DNA of 64,000 bases. It comes from Alphaproteobacteria bacterium (GTDB taxonomy: Bacteria > Pseudomonadota > Alphaproteobacteria > GCA-2731375). The translations under genes and the position numbers were made by a program. The stretch lies in the NCBI GenBank assembly GCA_965232515.1, contig CBDDPY010000002.1:1984001-2048000 (forward strand). The letters run 5' to 3'. Each line of letters starts with the position of its first letter. Within the stretch, counting starts at the first letter, position 1. The notes beneath the pieces are model-generated. The model was not told where the DNA came from. It worked only from the letters and a program-made list of their open reading frames with translations, and did not search any database. Shown in pieces: positions 9,663 through 18,857 of the stretch.

Positions 9663-10712
9663 CTAGATCGGCATGACCCAGCCGTCGGCGATGTCGATGT
9701 GCAAGGCTTCGCCGGTCGGCGGCGCCGCGGGCAGGCGCAACAACAACAGGGCGTCCGGCGCGGCCGCCGGCGCCACGTCGATCGTGGAATAACCACCTTT
9801 GTAGGTGCGGCGGCGCACCGTCACCGGGATACCGGCATCGACCATGGCGATGTCTTCCGGCCGGATGCACGCCTTGGCCGGTCCGGGCCCAACGGCCGGA
9901 TCGCAGCGTAGACTCAGCTCACGGCCGAACAGGCTGACGGCGCAACGGCCGTCGCCGCTGCGCCCCAGCACTTGGACATCGACCACCGCGCCGCCGCCGA
10001 TGAAGCCGGCGACCATGGCGGCCGCCGGTTCGCTGTAGAGACGTTCGGGCGTCGCCGCCTGCACCAGCCGGCCGCCGTCCATCACCGCGATGCGGTCGGC
10101 CAGCGCCATCGCCTCGGCCTGATCGTGGGTGATGTAGACCATGGTGGCTCCGGTCTCGGCGTGCAGGCGGCGGAACTCTTCTTCCATCGCCGCGCGCAGG
10201 TGCACATCCAGATTGGCCAGCGGCTCGTCCAGCAGCACCACCGACGGCGTCATCACCAGGCAACGGGCCAACGCCACGCGCTGCCGCTGGCCGCCGCTCA
10301 GCTCGGCCGGGCGGCGCTCGGCCAGACCGTCCAGGCCCACGGTCTTCAGCGCCGCCGCCACCCGCCGGTCGTAGTCGCGCCCACGCACCTTCGCCACCTC
10401 CAGCGGATAGCCGACATTGCGCGCGACGCTCATATGCGGCCAGAGCGCGTAGGACTGAAAGACAATGCCGACCCGGCGCCGTTCCGGCGGCAGGTGCGTG
10501 CCGGCGCCCGACACCACGGTGCCGTCGAAGGCGATCTCGCCCGCATCCAGCTTCTCGAAACCGGCGATCAGGCGCAGAACGGTCGTCTTGCCGCAACCGC
10601 TCGGGCCCAGCAGCGCCAGGAACTCGCCGTTCTCGATCTCCAGGTCGACGCGATCGACGGCGGTCACCTCGCCGAAGCGCTTGACCAGGCCGCGCAGGCT
10701 CAGTGCCGACAT
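9663..10712 (-). CDS. ABC ATP-binding protein, AfuC/FbpC/PotA family
   Basis: GPSGCGKT, LSGGQRQR, LLDEP, ITHDQ, C-terminal TOBE-like region; start MSALSLRG. Confidence 0.92.
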   Translation of the reverse strand: MSALSLRGLVKRFGEVTAVDRVDLEIENGEFLALLGPSGCGKTTVLRLIAGFEKLDAGEIAFDGTVVSGAGTHLPPERRRVGIVFQSYALWPHMSVARNVGYPLEVAKVRGRDYDRRVAAALKTVGLDGLAERRPAELSGGQRQRVALARCLVMTPSVVLLDEPLANLDVHLRAAMEEEFRRLHAETGATMVYITHDQAEAMALADRIAVMDGGRLVQAATPERLYSEPAAAMVAGFIGGGAVVDVQVLGRSGDGRCAVSLFGRELSLRCDPAVGPGPAKACIRPEDIAMVDAGIPVTVRRRTYKGGYSTIDVAPAAAPDALLLLRLPAAPPTGEALHIDIADGWVMPI

Positions 10713-10860
10713 GCGGGAATTCCCGGGTTGCCGCGGCGGTGGCGCGCGCCGATCAAAATCTTTCCGCTTTGCATCCCGTCCTCTTAGGCGGCAATGATGA
10801 CAGCGCCATGATGCCCGTTCCGATCCCGGCGCGCGCCGCCGACGCAACGACACCTATGCC

Positions 10861-11751
10861 GTGAACGAGGCGCGTCCGCAAGCCGGCGCGCCGGACCGGC
10901 TGCGCGGCATTGCGCTCATGCTGCTGGCCATGCTGCTGCTGGCCTGCATGGACGCGATCAGCAAGAAGCTGGCCGCCGACTATGCCGTGGCGCAGATCCT
11001 CTGGGTGCGGTTCCTGGTCTTCGCCGCCTTCGCGCTCTACATGGCCCGCAATATCGGTCTGAAGTCGGGGCTGCGCACGACCCGGCCGCTGCTGCAGGTC
11101 GTGCGCTCCCTGTTGCTGATCGCCGACATCGGCATCTTCGTGCTGGCCTTCCGCTACCTGCCGCTGGCCGAGACGCATGCCGTCGCCGCGGTCTCGCCCC
11201 TGCTGGTCACCGCGCTGGCGGTGCCGTTCCTGGGTGAGCGTGTCGGGATCCGGCGTTGGGCCGCCGTGCTCGTCGGCTTTGCCGGCGCGCTCGTCATCAT
11301 CCGGCCGGGCTTTGCCGCCTTCGGCGCGCCCTTTCTCCTGCCGCTCGTCGGCGCCACCATCTTCGCGGTGTACCAGATCATGCTGCGCAGCCTCGGCCGG
11401 ACCGACCGGACCGAGACAACCGTGCTCTATACCGGCCTGGTCGGCGCCGTGGCGTTGAGCGTGGTCGCGCCGCCGTTCTGGCGGCCGCCCGACGCCGAGG
11501 GCTGGGCCCTGCTGATCCTCGCCGGCCTGCTCGGCACCGCCGCCCACGTCATCCTGATCAGGGCCTTCGCCATCGCCCCCGCCGCCGCGCTGCAGCCCTT
11601 CAGCTACACGTTGCTGCTGTTTGCCACGGTGATCGGTTATCTCGTCTTCAACGACCTGCCCGATCCCTGGACCGTGCTGGGCGGCGCCCTGGTCGTCGGC
11701 GGCGGCCTCTACACCCTCTACCGCGAAAGCCTGCGGCGGGCGGATAACTGA
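10861..11751 (+). CDS. DMT/EamA family transporter
   Basis: About 10 TM segments, FLGERVGIRRW and IIRPG motifs. Confidence 0.88.
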   Translation: MNEARPQAGAPDRLRGIALMLLAMLLLACMDAISKKLAADYAVAQILWVRFLVFAAFALYMARNIGLKSGLRTTRPLLQVVRSLLLIADIGIFVLAFRYLPLAETHAVAAVSPLLVTALAVPFLGERVGIRRWAAVLVGFAGALVIIRPGFAAFGAPFLLPLVGATIFAVYQIMLRSLGRTDRTETTVLYTGLVGAVALSVVAPPFWRPPDAEGWALLILAGLLGTAAHVILIRAFAIAPAAALQPFSYTLLLFATVIGYLVFNDLPDPWTVLGGALVVGGGLYTLYRESLRRADN

Positions 11752-11755
11752 TCGG

Positions 11756-12457
11756 CTACTTGTCCGGGCCCGACGCCCGCGGCCGTACGCGGTAGGCGCA
11801 GCGGCGGGCGCCGGCCAGGATGTGGTCGGTGCGCTCGACCTCGACGCCCTCGCCCAGCACCTCTTGAAACACTTCCAGCTCGGCCCGGCACAGGCCACTG
11901 CAGGTCGCGGCGGCGGCGCAGATCGGGCAGTGGTTCTCGACCAGCAGGAAGCCGCCGTCGTCCTGCGGCTCGACGCCGGCCATGTAGCCCTCGTCCGTGC
12001 GCGCCGCGGCCAAGGCTTCCAGCCGCGTCCGCAGCGACCGCGCCTTCGCCATGCGCTTCCGATAGGCCGCCGCCTGCTCGCGCGAGCGCGCCGCCACCAG
12101 GCGGTCGACGCCGGCCTCGCCGAAGGTCTCGCGCATTGCGTCGATCAAGCTGATCGCCAGATCGGCATGGCCGTTGGGGAAGAACGCGTCGGCCGCCGGC
12201 GTTAGCTGCCAGAGCTTGGCCGGGCGGCCGACCGGACGCGCCACTTCCTCGTGGGCGACCAGTCCCTGCGCCGATAGCTCGTAGAGGTGCTGGCGCACGG
12301 CCATGGCGGTCACGCCGAGCTGGTCGGCAAGCGTGGCGGCGTCCTGCGGACCGTGTTGCTTCAGGAGATCGAGCACGGCGCGGCGCCGCCGCAGCTTGCC
12401 CGGCTGTTTATCGTTCTTGCCCGTCCTGGCGGGTTTGCTTCCGTCTGGCATGGTCAC
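11756..12457 (-). CDS. SufR-like (COG2345) HTH regulator with Cys-rich C-terminus
   Basis: LADQLGVTAMAVRQHL, GRP motif, ENHCPICAAAATCSGLCRAE...ARRC. Confidence 0.85.
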   Translation of the reverse strand: MTMPDGSKPARTGKNDKQPGKLRRRRAVLDLLKQHGPQDAATLADQLGVTAMAVRQHLYELSAQGLVAHEEVARPVGRPAKLWQLTPAADAFFPNGHADLAISLIDAMRETFGEAGVDRLVAARSREQAAAYRKRMAKARSLRTRLEALAAARTDEGYMAGVEPQDDGGFLLVENHCPICAAAATCSGLCRAELEVFQEVLGEGVEVERTDHILAGARRCAYRVRPRASGPDK

Positions 12458-12529
12458 TTTCTAAAGTTTTTTCTTGCAAAAGCCAAGACCTCCGGATATC
12501 TGTTATTTCTATAGGAAATACTTTCGAAA
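12458..12529. promoter_or_regulatory. Two related palindromic operator boxes
   Basis: TTTCTAAAG-N6-CTTGCAAAA (12458-12481) and TTTCTATAG-N6-CTTTCGAAA (12506-12529). Confidence 0.65.
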
Positions 12530-12540
12530 GGAACGGGGCG

Positions 12541-14157
12541 ATGGCGCTTTCGAAAAGCGACAATCAGTCGACGTTGGCGAGCGCCGACGGCCATACCCGC
12601 GTCGCCGGGCTGTCCGAGCTCACCGAACGCGGCCGCATGGTCGTCAAGTCGGGGGCCAAGCAGATCGCACTGTTCCACGGCGCCAACGGCGTCTTCGCCT
12701 GCAACAACCGCTGCCCGCACGAGGGCTATCCGCTGGTCGAGGGGACGGTGGCGAACGACTGCGTGCTGACCTGCAACTGGCACGCCTGGCGCTTCGATCT
12801 CGGCAGCGGCGACAACCTGACCGGCGGCGATCGCTTACGCACCTATCCCGTGCGCATCGACGGCGACGATATCTTCCTCGATCTCAGCGATCCGCCGGCG
12901 GAAGAACGCATCGCCACCGCCATGACCAACCTGCGCGACGCCTTCGACGATCACGAATACGACCGCCTGGCGCGCGAGGTCGTCAGGTTGCAGCGGGCCG
13001 ACGGCGATGCCATGGACGCCCTACGCGCGGCCGTGCGCTGGTCGCACGACCGGTTCGAGTTCGGCACCACGCATGCCTATGCCGCGGCGCCCGACTGGCT
13101 CGCGGTCCGTGACGCCCACGCGCAGGACGACGCCACCCGGCTGGCCCCGGTCGTCGAGGCCATCGGCCACATGGCCTGGGACAGCCTGCGCGAGCCGGTC
13201 TACGCCTATACCGACAAGATGGAGCCCTACGACGAGGCCGCCTTCCTCGCCGCCATCGAGGCCGAAGACGAGCCGGCCGCCATTGCCCGGCTGCGTGGCG
13301 CGCTCGCCGACGGTCTGGATTTCGCGGCGCTCGAACGGCCGTTGACCCAGGCCGCCCTCGCCCATTACCAGGGCTTCGGCCATGCCGCTATCTATGTGCT
13401 GAAGACCGGTCAACTGATCGAGCGTCTCGGCGAAGAGGCGGTCGAGCCGATGCTGCTGGCGCTGGTGCGCTACCTGACCAGCACGCGGCGCGAGGACCTG
13501 ATACCGGAATTCCGCAAGTATGCCGAGGCGCGCGACGCCTGGGACGGCAAGGGCGATGCCAGGCTCACGGCCGACGATTTCGCCGGCCTGTCGGTCAACC
13601 GCGCGCTTGCCCGCACGCTCGAGGGCTCGGGCGACGTCGAGATGCTCTATCACGCCCTGCTCGGCGCCGGCGCCTGGAACTTCCTGCATTTCGACACGGG
13701 CATGCAGGCGAGCCTCGACGCGCCGGTCTCGCAGAACATCGACTGGCTCGACTTCACCCACGCCATCACGTTCGCCAATGCCGTGCGCCACCAATGCACG
13801 AAGTTCCCGGAATTCTGGCCGCAGGGACTGTTGCAGATGGCCTGCTTCGCCGGCCGCAACGCCGGTTTCCTCGACCGCGATATCGATGTCGCCGACTGGG
13901 CCGTCATCGACGCCCGCGCGTTCCTTAAGTCGGGCATCGACCACCTGTTCGATCACGGCGAATTCGAATACATCGTCTCCTGCCACTACGTGAAGCTGCT
14001 GACCGCGGTGCAGGACGAGATCGACGCCGCCCCGGCGGCGCCCTGGACGCGCACGTTGCTGGCGGCGCTCAACCGCTTCATGCATTCCTCGATCAAGCGC
14101 AAGCACGTCACCCGCACGGCGCGCCAGGCGCTCGATTTCGTCGCCCTCGAAGGCTAG
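12541..14157 (+). CDS. Rieske [2Fe-2S] (NirD-like) domain fused to a large helical His-motif domain
   Basis: CPHEGYPL and CNWH Rieske ligands; about 420-aa helical remainder with four spaced His motifs. Confidence 0.85.
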   Translation: MALSKSDNQSTLASADGHTRVAGLSELTERGRMVVKSGAKQIALFHGANGVFACNNRCPHEGYPLVEGTVANDCVLTCNWHAWRFDLGSGDNLTGGDRLRTYPVRIDGDDIFLDLSDPPAEERIATAMTNLRDAFDDHEYDRLAREVVRLQRADGDAMDALRAAVRWSHDRFEFGTTHAYAAAPDWLAVRDAHAQDDATRLAPVVEAIGHMAWDSLREPVYAYTDKMEPYDEAAFLAAIEAEDEPAAIARLRGALADGLDFAALERPLTQAALAHYQGFGHAAIYVLKTGQLIERLGEEAVEPMLLALVRYLTSTRREDLIPEFRKYAEARDAWDGKGDARLTADDFAGLSVNRALARTLEGSGDVEMLYHALLGAGAWNFLHFDTGMQASLDAPVSQNIDWLDFTHAITFANAVRHQCTKFPEFWPQGLLQMACFAGRNAGFLDRDIDVADWAVIDARAFLKSGIDHLFDHGEFEYIVSCHYVKLLTAVQDEIDAAPAAPWTRTLLAALNRFMHSSIKRKHVTRTARQALDFVALEG

Positions 14158-14243
14158 TGGGGGCTTTTTTCCAGGCTCGAATCTGTCACAATGCCGGCGG
14201 TTTACGGCAATCGGAGTGCAGGCGCATGTGCAACGTGGGGGCA

Positions 14244-14621
14244 ATGCGGCGCAATTTGTTCACGGCCCTCGCGGGCTTCGCCGCCATGGCGTTCGCCGGC
14301 GGCGCACAGGCCGCGGGCGGTGGCGGCGATCACGGCGACAAACCGGCCTGGAGCGACGCGCCGCCCGACATGGTGGCCCTGGAGGCGGTCCGGCCGGACG
14401 GCCTCTGCGGTCAGGCCGACTGGCGCTTTTCGGTGCGCGAGGCGCCGGCCGCGGCGATCGCCGCCGGCGAGACACGGCAGGGCGGCGACGGCGCGCTGCG
14501 CGGCGGCCCCTGGCGCATCACCTACTACATGCGGTCGAATGTGCCGGCCTATTTCCAGACCAATCCGCACAAGTTCGACGACTATCTGCGCTTCGACGGC
14601 TTCGGCAAGGAGTGCCGCTAG
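14244..14621 (+). CDS. Hypothetical exported protein
   Basis: MRRNLFTALAGFAAMAFAGGAQA signal peptide; GC3-rich codons; two Cys. Confidence 0.6.
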   Translation: MRRNLFTALAGFAAMAFAGGAQAAGGGGDHGDKPAWSDAPPDMVALEAVRPDGLCGQADWRFSVREAPAAAIAAGETRQGGDGALRGGPWRITYYMRSNVPAYFQTNPHKFDDYLRFDGFGKECR

Positions 14622-14719
14622 CCCACGCCGCCACGACCGCCGAAAGGCGTGCAACCGGCGTTAAGTCATCTTTTACGGCCAGGGGTGTAAAGGCGCGCTC
14701 TCGTTTCCGAGGGCACGCC

Positions 14720-15187
14720 ATGCGCACACTTGTCCCGTTCTATGCCGACGATCTCGACGCGCTCAGGGATTGGATCGAGTTTCTCGACCGGCGTTTTCCC
14801 GACCGGCGCCACGCCCTCGCCTCGACCGCGATGGGTCAGTTGCTGCCACAGATACGGATCTGGTGGCCGGACGACGAAGGCCCGGGCGATACGTCCTGCG
14901 TCCTGGCCGTTACCCTTGCCAAGGTGCGGGACAGCGATCGCCGGCGCTGCTTCGGCCTGCTCCCGCTCTACGAATACGGCGCGATTTTCGAGACCGCCGA
15001 CGGCGTCTGCCTCTACTCGGCCGACCGCGATCTCAAGACGCTTTGGCGGGCGCTCTGGAGCATGCGCGAACCGATGCGGATCGACGGCCTGCCGCTACAG
15101 GCCGCGCTGCGGCTCGACGTCGATCCCGCCGCCGTCTGCTGGCCGGCAGTGCCGGCCGATATCGGTCCCGGACAGCTTAGCGCGTGA
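14720..15187 (+). CDS. Hypothetical protein (155 aa)
   Basis: GAGGG RBS, MRTLVPFYADD..., protein-like composition. Confidence 0.6.
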   Translation: MRTLVPFYADDLDALRDWIEFLDRRFPDRRHALASTAMGQLLPQIRIWWPDDEGPGDTSCVLAVTLAKVRDSDRRRCFGLLPLYEYGAIFETADGVCLYSADRDLKTLWRALWSMREPMRIDGLPLQAALRLDVDPAAVCWPAVPADIGPGQLSA

Positions 15188-15220
15188 GCGGCGCGCTTCG
15201 CGCTTTCGGCCGCCGCCCGG

Positions 15221-15313
15221 CTAGTGCCGGTAAGTGGCCCAGGCCAGAACCAGACCGAACAGCGTGGCGCCCGCGACGACCATCGTCAGATAGGCGACTT
15301 CGAAACCTGTCAT
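15221..15313 (-). CDS. Small single-TM protein (30 aa)
   Basis: MTGFEVAYLTMVVAGATLFGLVLAWATYRH*, GGGAG RBS; below the ORF-track cutoff. Confidence 0.7.
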   Translation of the reverse strand: MTGFEVAYLTMVVAGATLFGLVLAWATYRH

Positions 15314-15384
15314 TGGCTCACTCCCGCTCGTTCACATTTTCGTTATCGCTCTCGCATGAATAGACACTGATCCCATCGCCTGCA

Positions 15385-15398
15385 TTGCGTACAATCAA
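15385..15398. promoter_or_regulatory. FNR/FixK-like box
   Basis: TTGCG-TACA-ATCAA versus consensus TTGAT-N4-ATCAA, nested in a TGCATTG...CAATGCA inverted repeat. Confidence 0.5.
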
Positions 15399-15573
15399 TG
15401 CAGGTCAACGTTGTTCTGCGTTCGATCCTCAGCTTGCGTAACGGTCGCGCTCTCCGCGGTTTCACGGCGCGCGCGGCTGAACTACAATCCGGGGGCATCA
15501 GGCTGGCGTGTGGTCCGAAGCGCTGGGTTGACCGCCACCGAACATAAGCCAGCGGCGGCGTTGAAGGGGTCAT

Positions 15574-17151
15574 ATGACGTCGAGGGAGCAGTCGACCGCG
15601 GCGTCCGGCGATCGGGCGCCGGCGGGAAGTTTGGAGCGTTTGCTGTCACGCAGCCCGCTGACGGTATATGCCTGCGATCCGCGTCGGAACTATCGGCTCA
15701 CCGCCGTCAGCGAGAACGTCGAGCGACATTTCGGCTATACCGTCGAAGAGTTCCTGGCCGAGCCGGCGTTCTACTTTTCGCGCATCCATCCCCGCGACGC
15801 CGGCCGGGTGTTCGCCGGGCTGGACACGCTGACCCGATTCGGCAACCAGGTTTTCGAATATCGCCTGCGCCGCAAGGACGGCGCCTATCGCTGGGTCCGG
15901 GATGATCTGGTGCTGTATTTCGACGACGCCGGCGATCCGATGGAGATCGTCGGCGGTCTGATCGACATCACCGAATCCAAGCGCGCCGAGCGGGCGCTGC
16001 GCGAGAGCGACCAGCGCCTGCGCGACATCGCCGAGTTGAGCGCCGACTGGATCTGGGAGACCGACGCCGAGAACCGCTATACCTTCGTTTCCGAGCGCTT
16101 GGCCGAGATTACCGGCCAGCCGGTCGCCGACTATATCGGCCGGTCGCGCTTCGAAACGCTGGCCGACGCCGTCGACCCGGCCCAGGTAGCGGCGCATATC
16201 GAGGATATCCGTGCGCACCGGCCGTTCCGGGACTTCGAGTACTGGATCAACCTCGCCGACGGCCGCCGTTGCGTCAGCCTGAGCGGCAAGCCCATGCTCG
16301 ACCACGCAAGCCAGTTCTGCGGCTATCGCGGGACCGGCACCGATGTCACGGCCCGCCGGCTGGCCGAGGATTCGCTGCGCGACGCGAAGGAGGAGGCCGA
16401 GGCCGCAAGCCAGGCCAAGACCCGCTTCCTCGCGCATATGAGCCACGAGCTGCGCACGCCATTGAACGCCATCATCGGTTTCTCGGACGTCATCCGGCGC
16501 GAGATGCTTGGACCGGTGAACGAGCGCTATGTCGAATACGGCGAGGACATCCACGCCAGCGGCCAGCATTTGCTGCTGCTGATCAACGACATCCTCGACC
16601 TCTCGAAGATCGAGGCCGGACGCCTGGATATTCGCGACGAGCAGGTCGATGTCGGCCACACGATCACCCAGGTCGTGCGGCTGCTGCGCGACCGCGCGTT
16701 CACCAAGGAAATCCGCCTGACCACCGATATCGCCCAGGACCTGCCGAAGCTGCAGTCGGAGGAACGGGTGGTCAAGCAGATCCTGCTGAACCTGTTGTCG
16801 AACGCCGTGAAGTTCACCCCGCACGGCGGAAAGGTGGAGGTCCGGGCGTCGCTCGACGACGCCGGCAACATGCTGATCGCCGTTCGCGACAACGGCATCG
16901 GCATCGCGGCTCACGACCTGCCGAACGTGCTGCGGCCGTTCGAGCAGGCGGCCGACGCCAACACCTCGTTCTACGAAGGCACCGGCCTGGGTCTGCCGCT
17001 GGTCAAATCCTTCGTCGAGATCCACGGCGGCGATCTCATGCTCGAAAGCGAGGTCGGCACCGGCACCACCGCGACCGTCCGACTGCCGGCAGAACGGGTC
17101 ATTCGCGACACCGTCGATGCCCCCGACAGCAGCGCCGGCAGCGGCGCCTAG
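15574..17151 (+). CDS. Cytoplasmic PAS-PAS sensor histidine kinase (PleC/DivJ-like kinase core)
   Basis: Two PAS/PAC domains, MSHELRTPLNAIIGFS, NLLSNAVKF, DNGIGI, GTGLGL. Confidence 0.93.
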   Translation: MTSREQSTAASGDRAPAGSLERLLSRSPLTVYACDPRRNYRLTAVSENVERHFGYTVEEFLAEPAFYFSRIHPRDAGRVFAGLDTLTRFGNQVFEYRLRRKDGAYRWVRDDLVLYFDDAGDPMEIVGGLIDITESKRAERALRESDQRLRDIAELSADWIWETDAENRYTFVSERLAEITGQPVADYIGRSRFETLADAVDPAQVAAHIEDIRAHRPFRDFEYWINLADGRRCVSLSGKPMLDHASQFCGYRGTGTDVTARRLAEDSLRDAKEEAEAASQAKTRFLAHMSHELRTPLNAIIGFSDVIRREMLGPVNERYVEYGEDIHASGQHLLLLINDILDLSKIEAGRLDIRDEQVDVGHTITQVVRLLRDRAFTKEIRLTTDIAQDLPKLQSEERVVKQILLNLLSNAVKFTPHGGKVEVRASLDDAGNMLIAVRDNGIGIAAHDLPNVLRPFEQAADANTSFYEGTGLGLPLVKSFVEIHGGDLMLESEVGTGTTATVRLPAERVIRDTVDAPDSSAGSGA

Positions 17152-17326
17152 TCGCCGAACCTGTCCGATCGGACGTCGGCACCGAAGCCGTAGCAACCTG
17201 TAAGGAACAGCCAAAGGCCGCGACCGCGGCCCGCCGGTCGTCCGGCGCGCCCGCACAGGCGCGGACCTTCAGGTCCGCTGCCATAAGCGGAAAATGGCTA
17301 AGGTCTTCCCGGATTCTGGGAAGACC

Positions 17327-17959
17327 TTAGCCTCCCATCGGCGGCATCGTTTCGCTGGCGCTGGCGCGCGCGTTCGTGGCGCCGCCGGCGCGGGCGATGT
17401 TCGGCCTGTCGGCAAACAGCCGTTCGCCTTCCGGCGTCACGCCGATGTAAGTGAAGATCGGGCAGAGGAACATGTCGGCCAGGCTGAAGCTGTCGGCCGC
17501 CAACCAGTCGTGTTCGCCGAGGGCCTCCTCGACGAGCCCGATCTGCCGTTCGATCTCCGGCAGCGCAGCCGTGATCTTGGCCTCGTCGGGCGTCTCGCCG
17601 CGCATTGGCGCCACCAGCCGGGGAAAGATCAAGCCACCGAGGATCGTGGGATAGAAGTAGGCGTTGATCGCACTGATCCACTGCATCATGCGCGCCCGGT
17701 CCAGCGGGTCCGACGGTTGCAGCGCCGGCCCGTCGAACGCGGCGTCGACATAGCTGCAGATCGCCAGCGTCTCGTAGAGCCTGACATCGCCATGATGCAT
17801 GGCCGGCATCTTGTTGAACGGATGCAGAGACCGGTAGGCATCGCTTTTGATATCGGCGTCTTCCACCACGTGTCCGACCCCCTTCTCCACACAGGCCATG
17901 CGGGCCGTGCGCACATAGGTCGACCGCGCGTCGCCATGGATCACGATCTCGCTCATCAT
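17327..17959 (-). CDS. Glutathione S-transferase family protein
   Basis: HPFNKMP, LYETLAI, FSLAD motifs. Confidence 0.9.
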   Translation of the reverse strand: MMSEIVIHGDARSTYVRTARMACVEKGVGHVVEDADIKSDAYRSLHPFNKMPAMHHGDVRLYETLAICSYVDAAFDGPALQPSDPLDRARMMQWISAINAYFYPTILGGLIFPRLVAPMRGETPDEAKITAALPEIERQIGLVEEALGEHDWLAADSFSLADMFLCPIFTYIGVTPEGERLFADRPNIARAGGATNARASASETMPPMGG

Positions 17960-17992
17960 GTCGCCTCCCCTTGTCGTCGATTGTCGTCGGCC

Positions 17993-18439
17993 TCAGATGC
18001 TCTCCAGATACTCCTGGTAATGCGCCAGGCAGCTTTCCCAACCGCCGCGATGCTGGTCGCGAGCCGCTTCGGTCTGGAAACGCTCGTGCAGCAGCACGAC
18101 CTCGGTGCCGGCCGAGGTGTCCGCGAAGCTCACCGTCACCAGCGTCATCGGGCTGTCGCCGTCCTGCCACTGCCAGGTAAAGGCCAGGCGTTCGCCCGGC
18201 AGCACCTCGCAGTATTCGCCGGCCGCGGTATGGCCATCGCCCTCGGCCGCTGCCATGGTGATGCGATAGCGGCCGCCGACACGCACATCCATTTCATGCA
18301 CCTCGGCAGTCCGGCCGACCGGGCAGAACCATTGCGCGGTGATCTCCGGCGTCGTGAACGCGGCATAGACCTTGTCGCGCGGCGCCGCGAACGTGCGCCG
18401 CACCTCCAGCGACATATCGGCGGTAATTACGTCAGCCAT
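17993..18439 (-). CDS. SRPBCC/AHSA1 domain protein
   Basis: RTFAAPRDKVYAAFT, DVRVGGRY, HRGGW. Confidence 0.88.
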   Translation of the reverse strand: MADVITADMSLEVRRTFAAPRDKVYAAFTTPEITAQWFCPVGRTAEVHEMDVRVGGRYRITMAAAEGDGHTAAGEYCEVLPGERLAFTWQWQDGDSPMTLVTVSFADTSAGTEVVLLHERFQTEAARDQHRGGWESCLAHYQEYLESI

Positions 18440-18803
18440 CCTTGTCTCCCTCGTCGCGCGCGCCCCGCTCGGGCTCCGCGTTGCGTTCCAGATACGCCGC
18501 CAACCGGTCGAAGGCGCCGTCCCAGAAGCGCCGATATTGCTCGATCCAGTCGCCGGCGTCTTTCAGCGGTTCGGCCTGCAGCCGGCAACGCCGCTCCCGG
18601 CCCTGCCGCTCGCGCAGCAGCAGGCCGGCGTTTTCCAGCACGGTCAGGTGTTTCGAAATGGCCGGCAGCGACATGTCGAACGGCTCGGCGAGCTCGCCCA
18701 CCGTCGCCTCGCCCAGCGTCAGCCGGGCCATGATCGCCCGCCGCGTCGGATCGGCCAGCGCCGCGAATGTGGCGTTTAGTCCGTCATCAATTTGCTTAAC
18801 CAT
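18432..18803 (-). CDS. ArsR/SmtB family regulator
   Basis: FAALADPTRRAI, ISKHLTVLENAGL. Confidence 0.9.
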   Translation of the reverse strand: MVKQIDDGLNATFAALADPTRRAIMARLTLGEATVGELAEPFDMSLPAISKHLTVLENAGLLLRERQGRERRCRLQAEPLKDAGDWIEQYRRFWDGAFDRLAAYLERNAEPERGARDEGDKDG

Positions 18804-18838
18804 GCGGTTAAATTTAGCAACGATGACGACGCCGTCAA
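18796..18838 (-). promoter_or_regulatory. Sigma70-like promoter and operator overlapping the arsR start
   Basis: TTGACG-N16-TAAATT-N7-ATG; palindrome TTAACC-ATGC-GGTTAA at 18796-18811. Confidence 0.6.
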
Positions 18839-18857
18839 GACGGCAGATGCACCGGCA

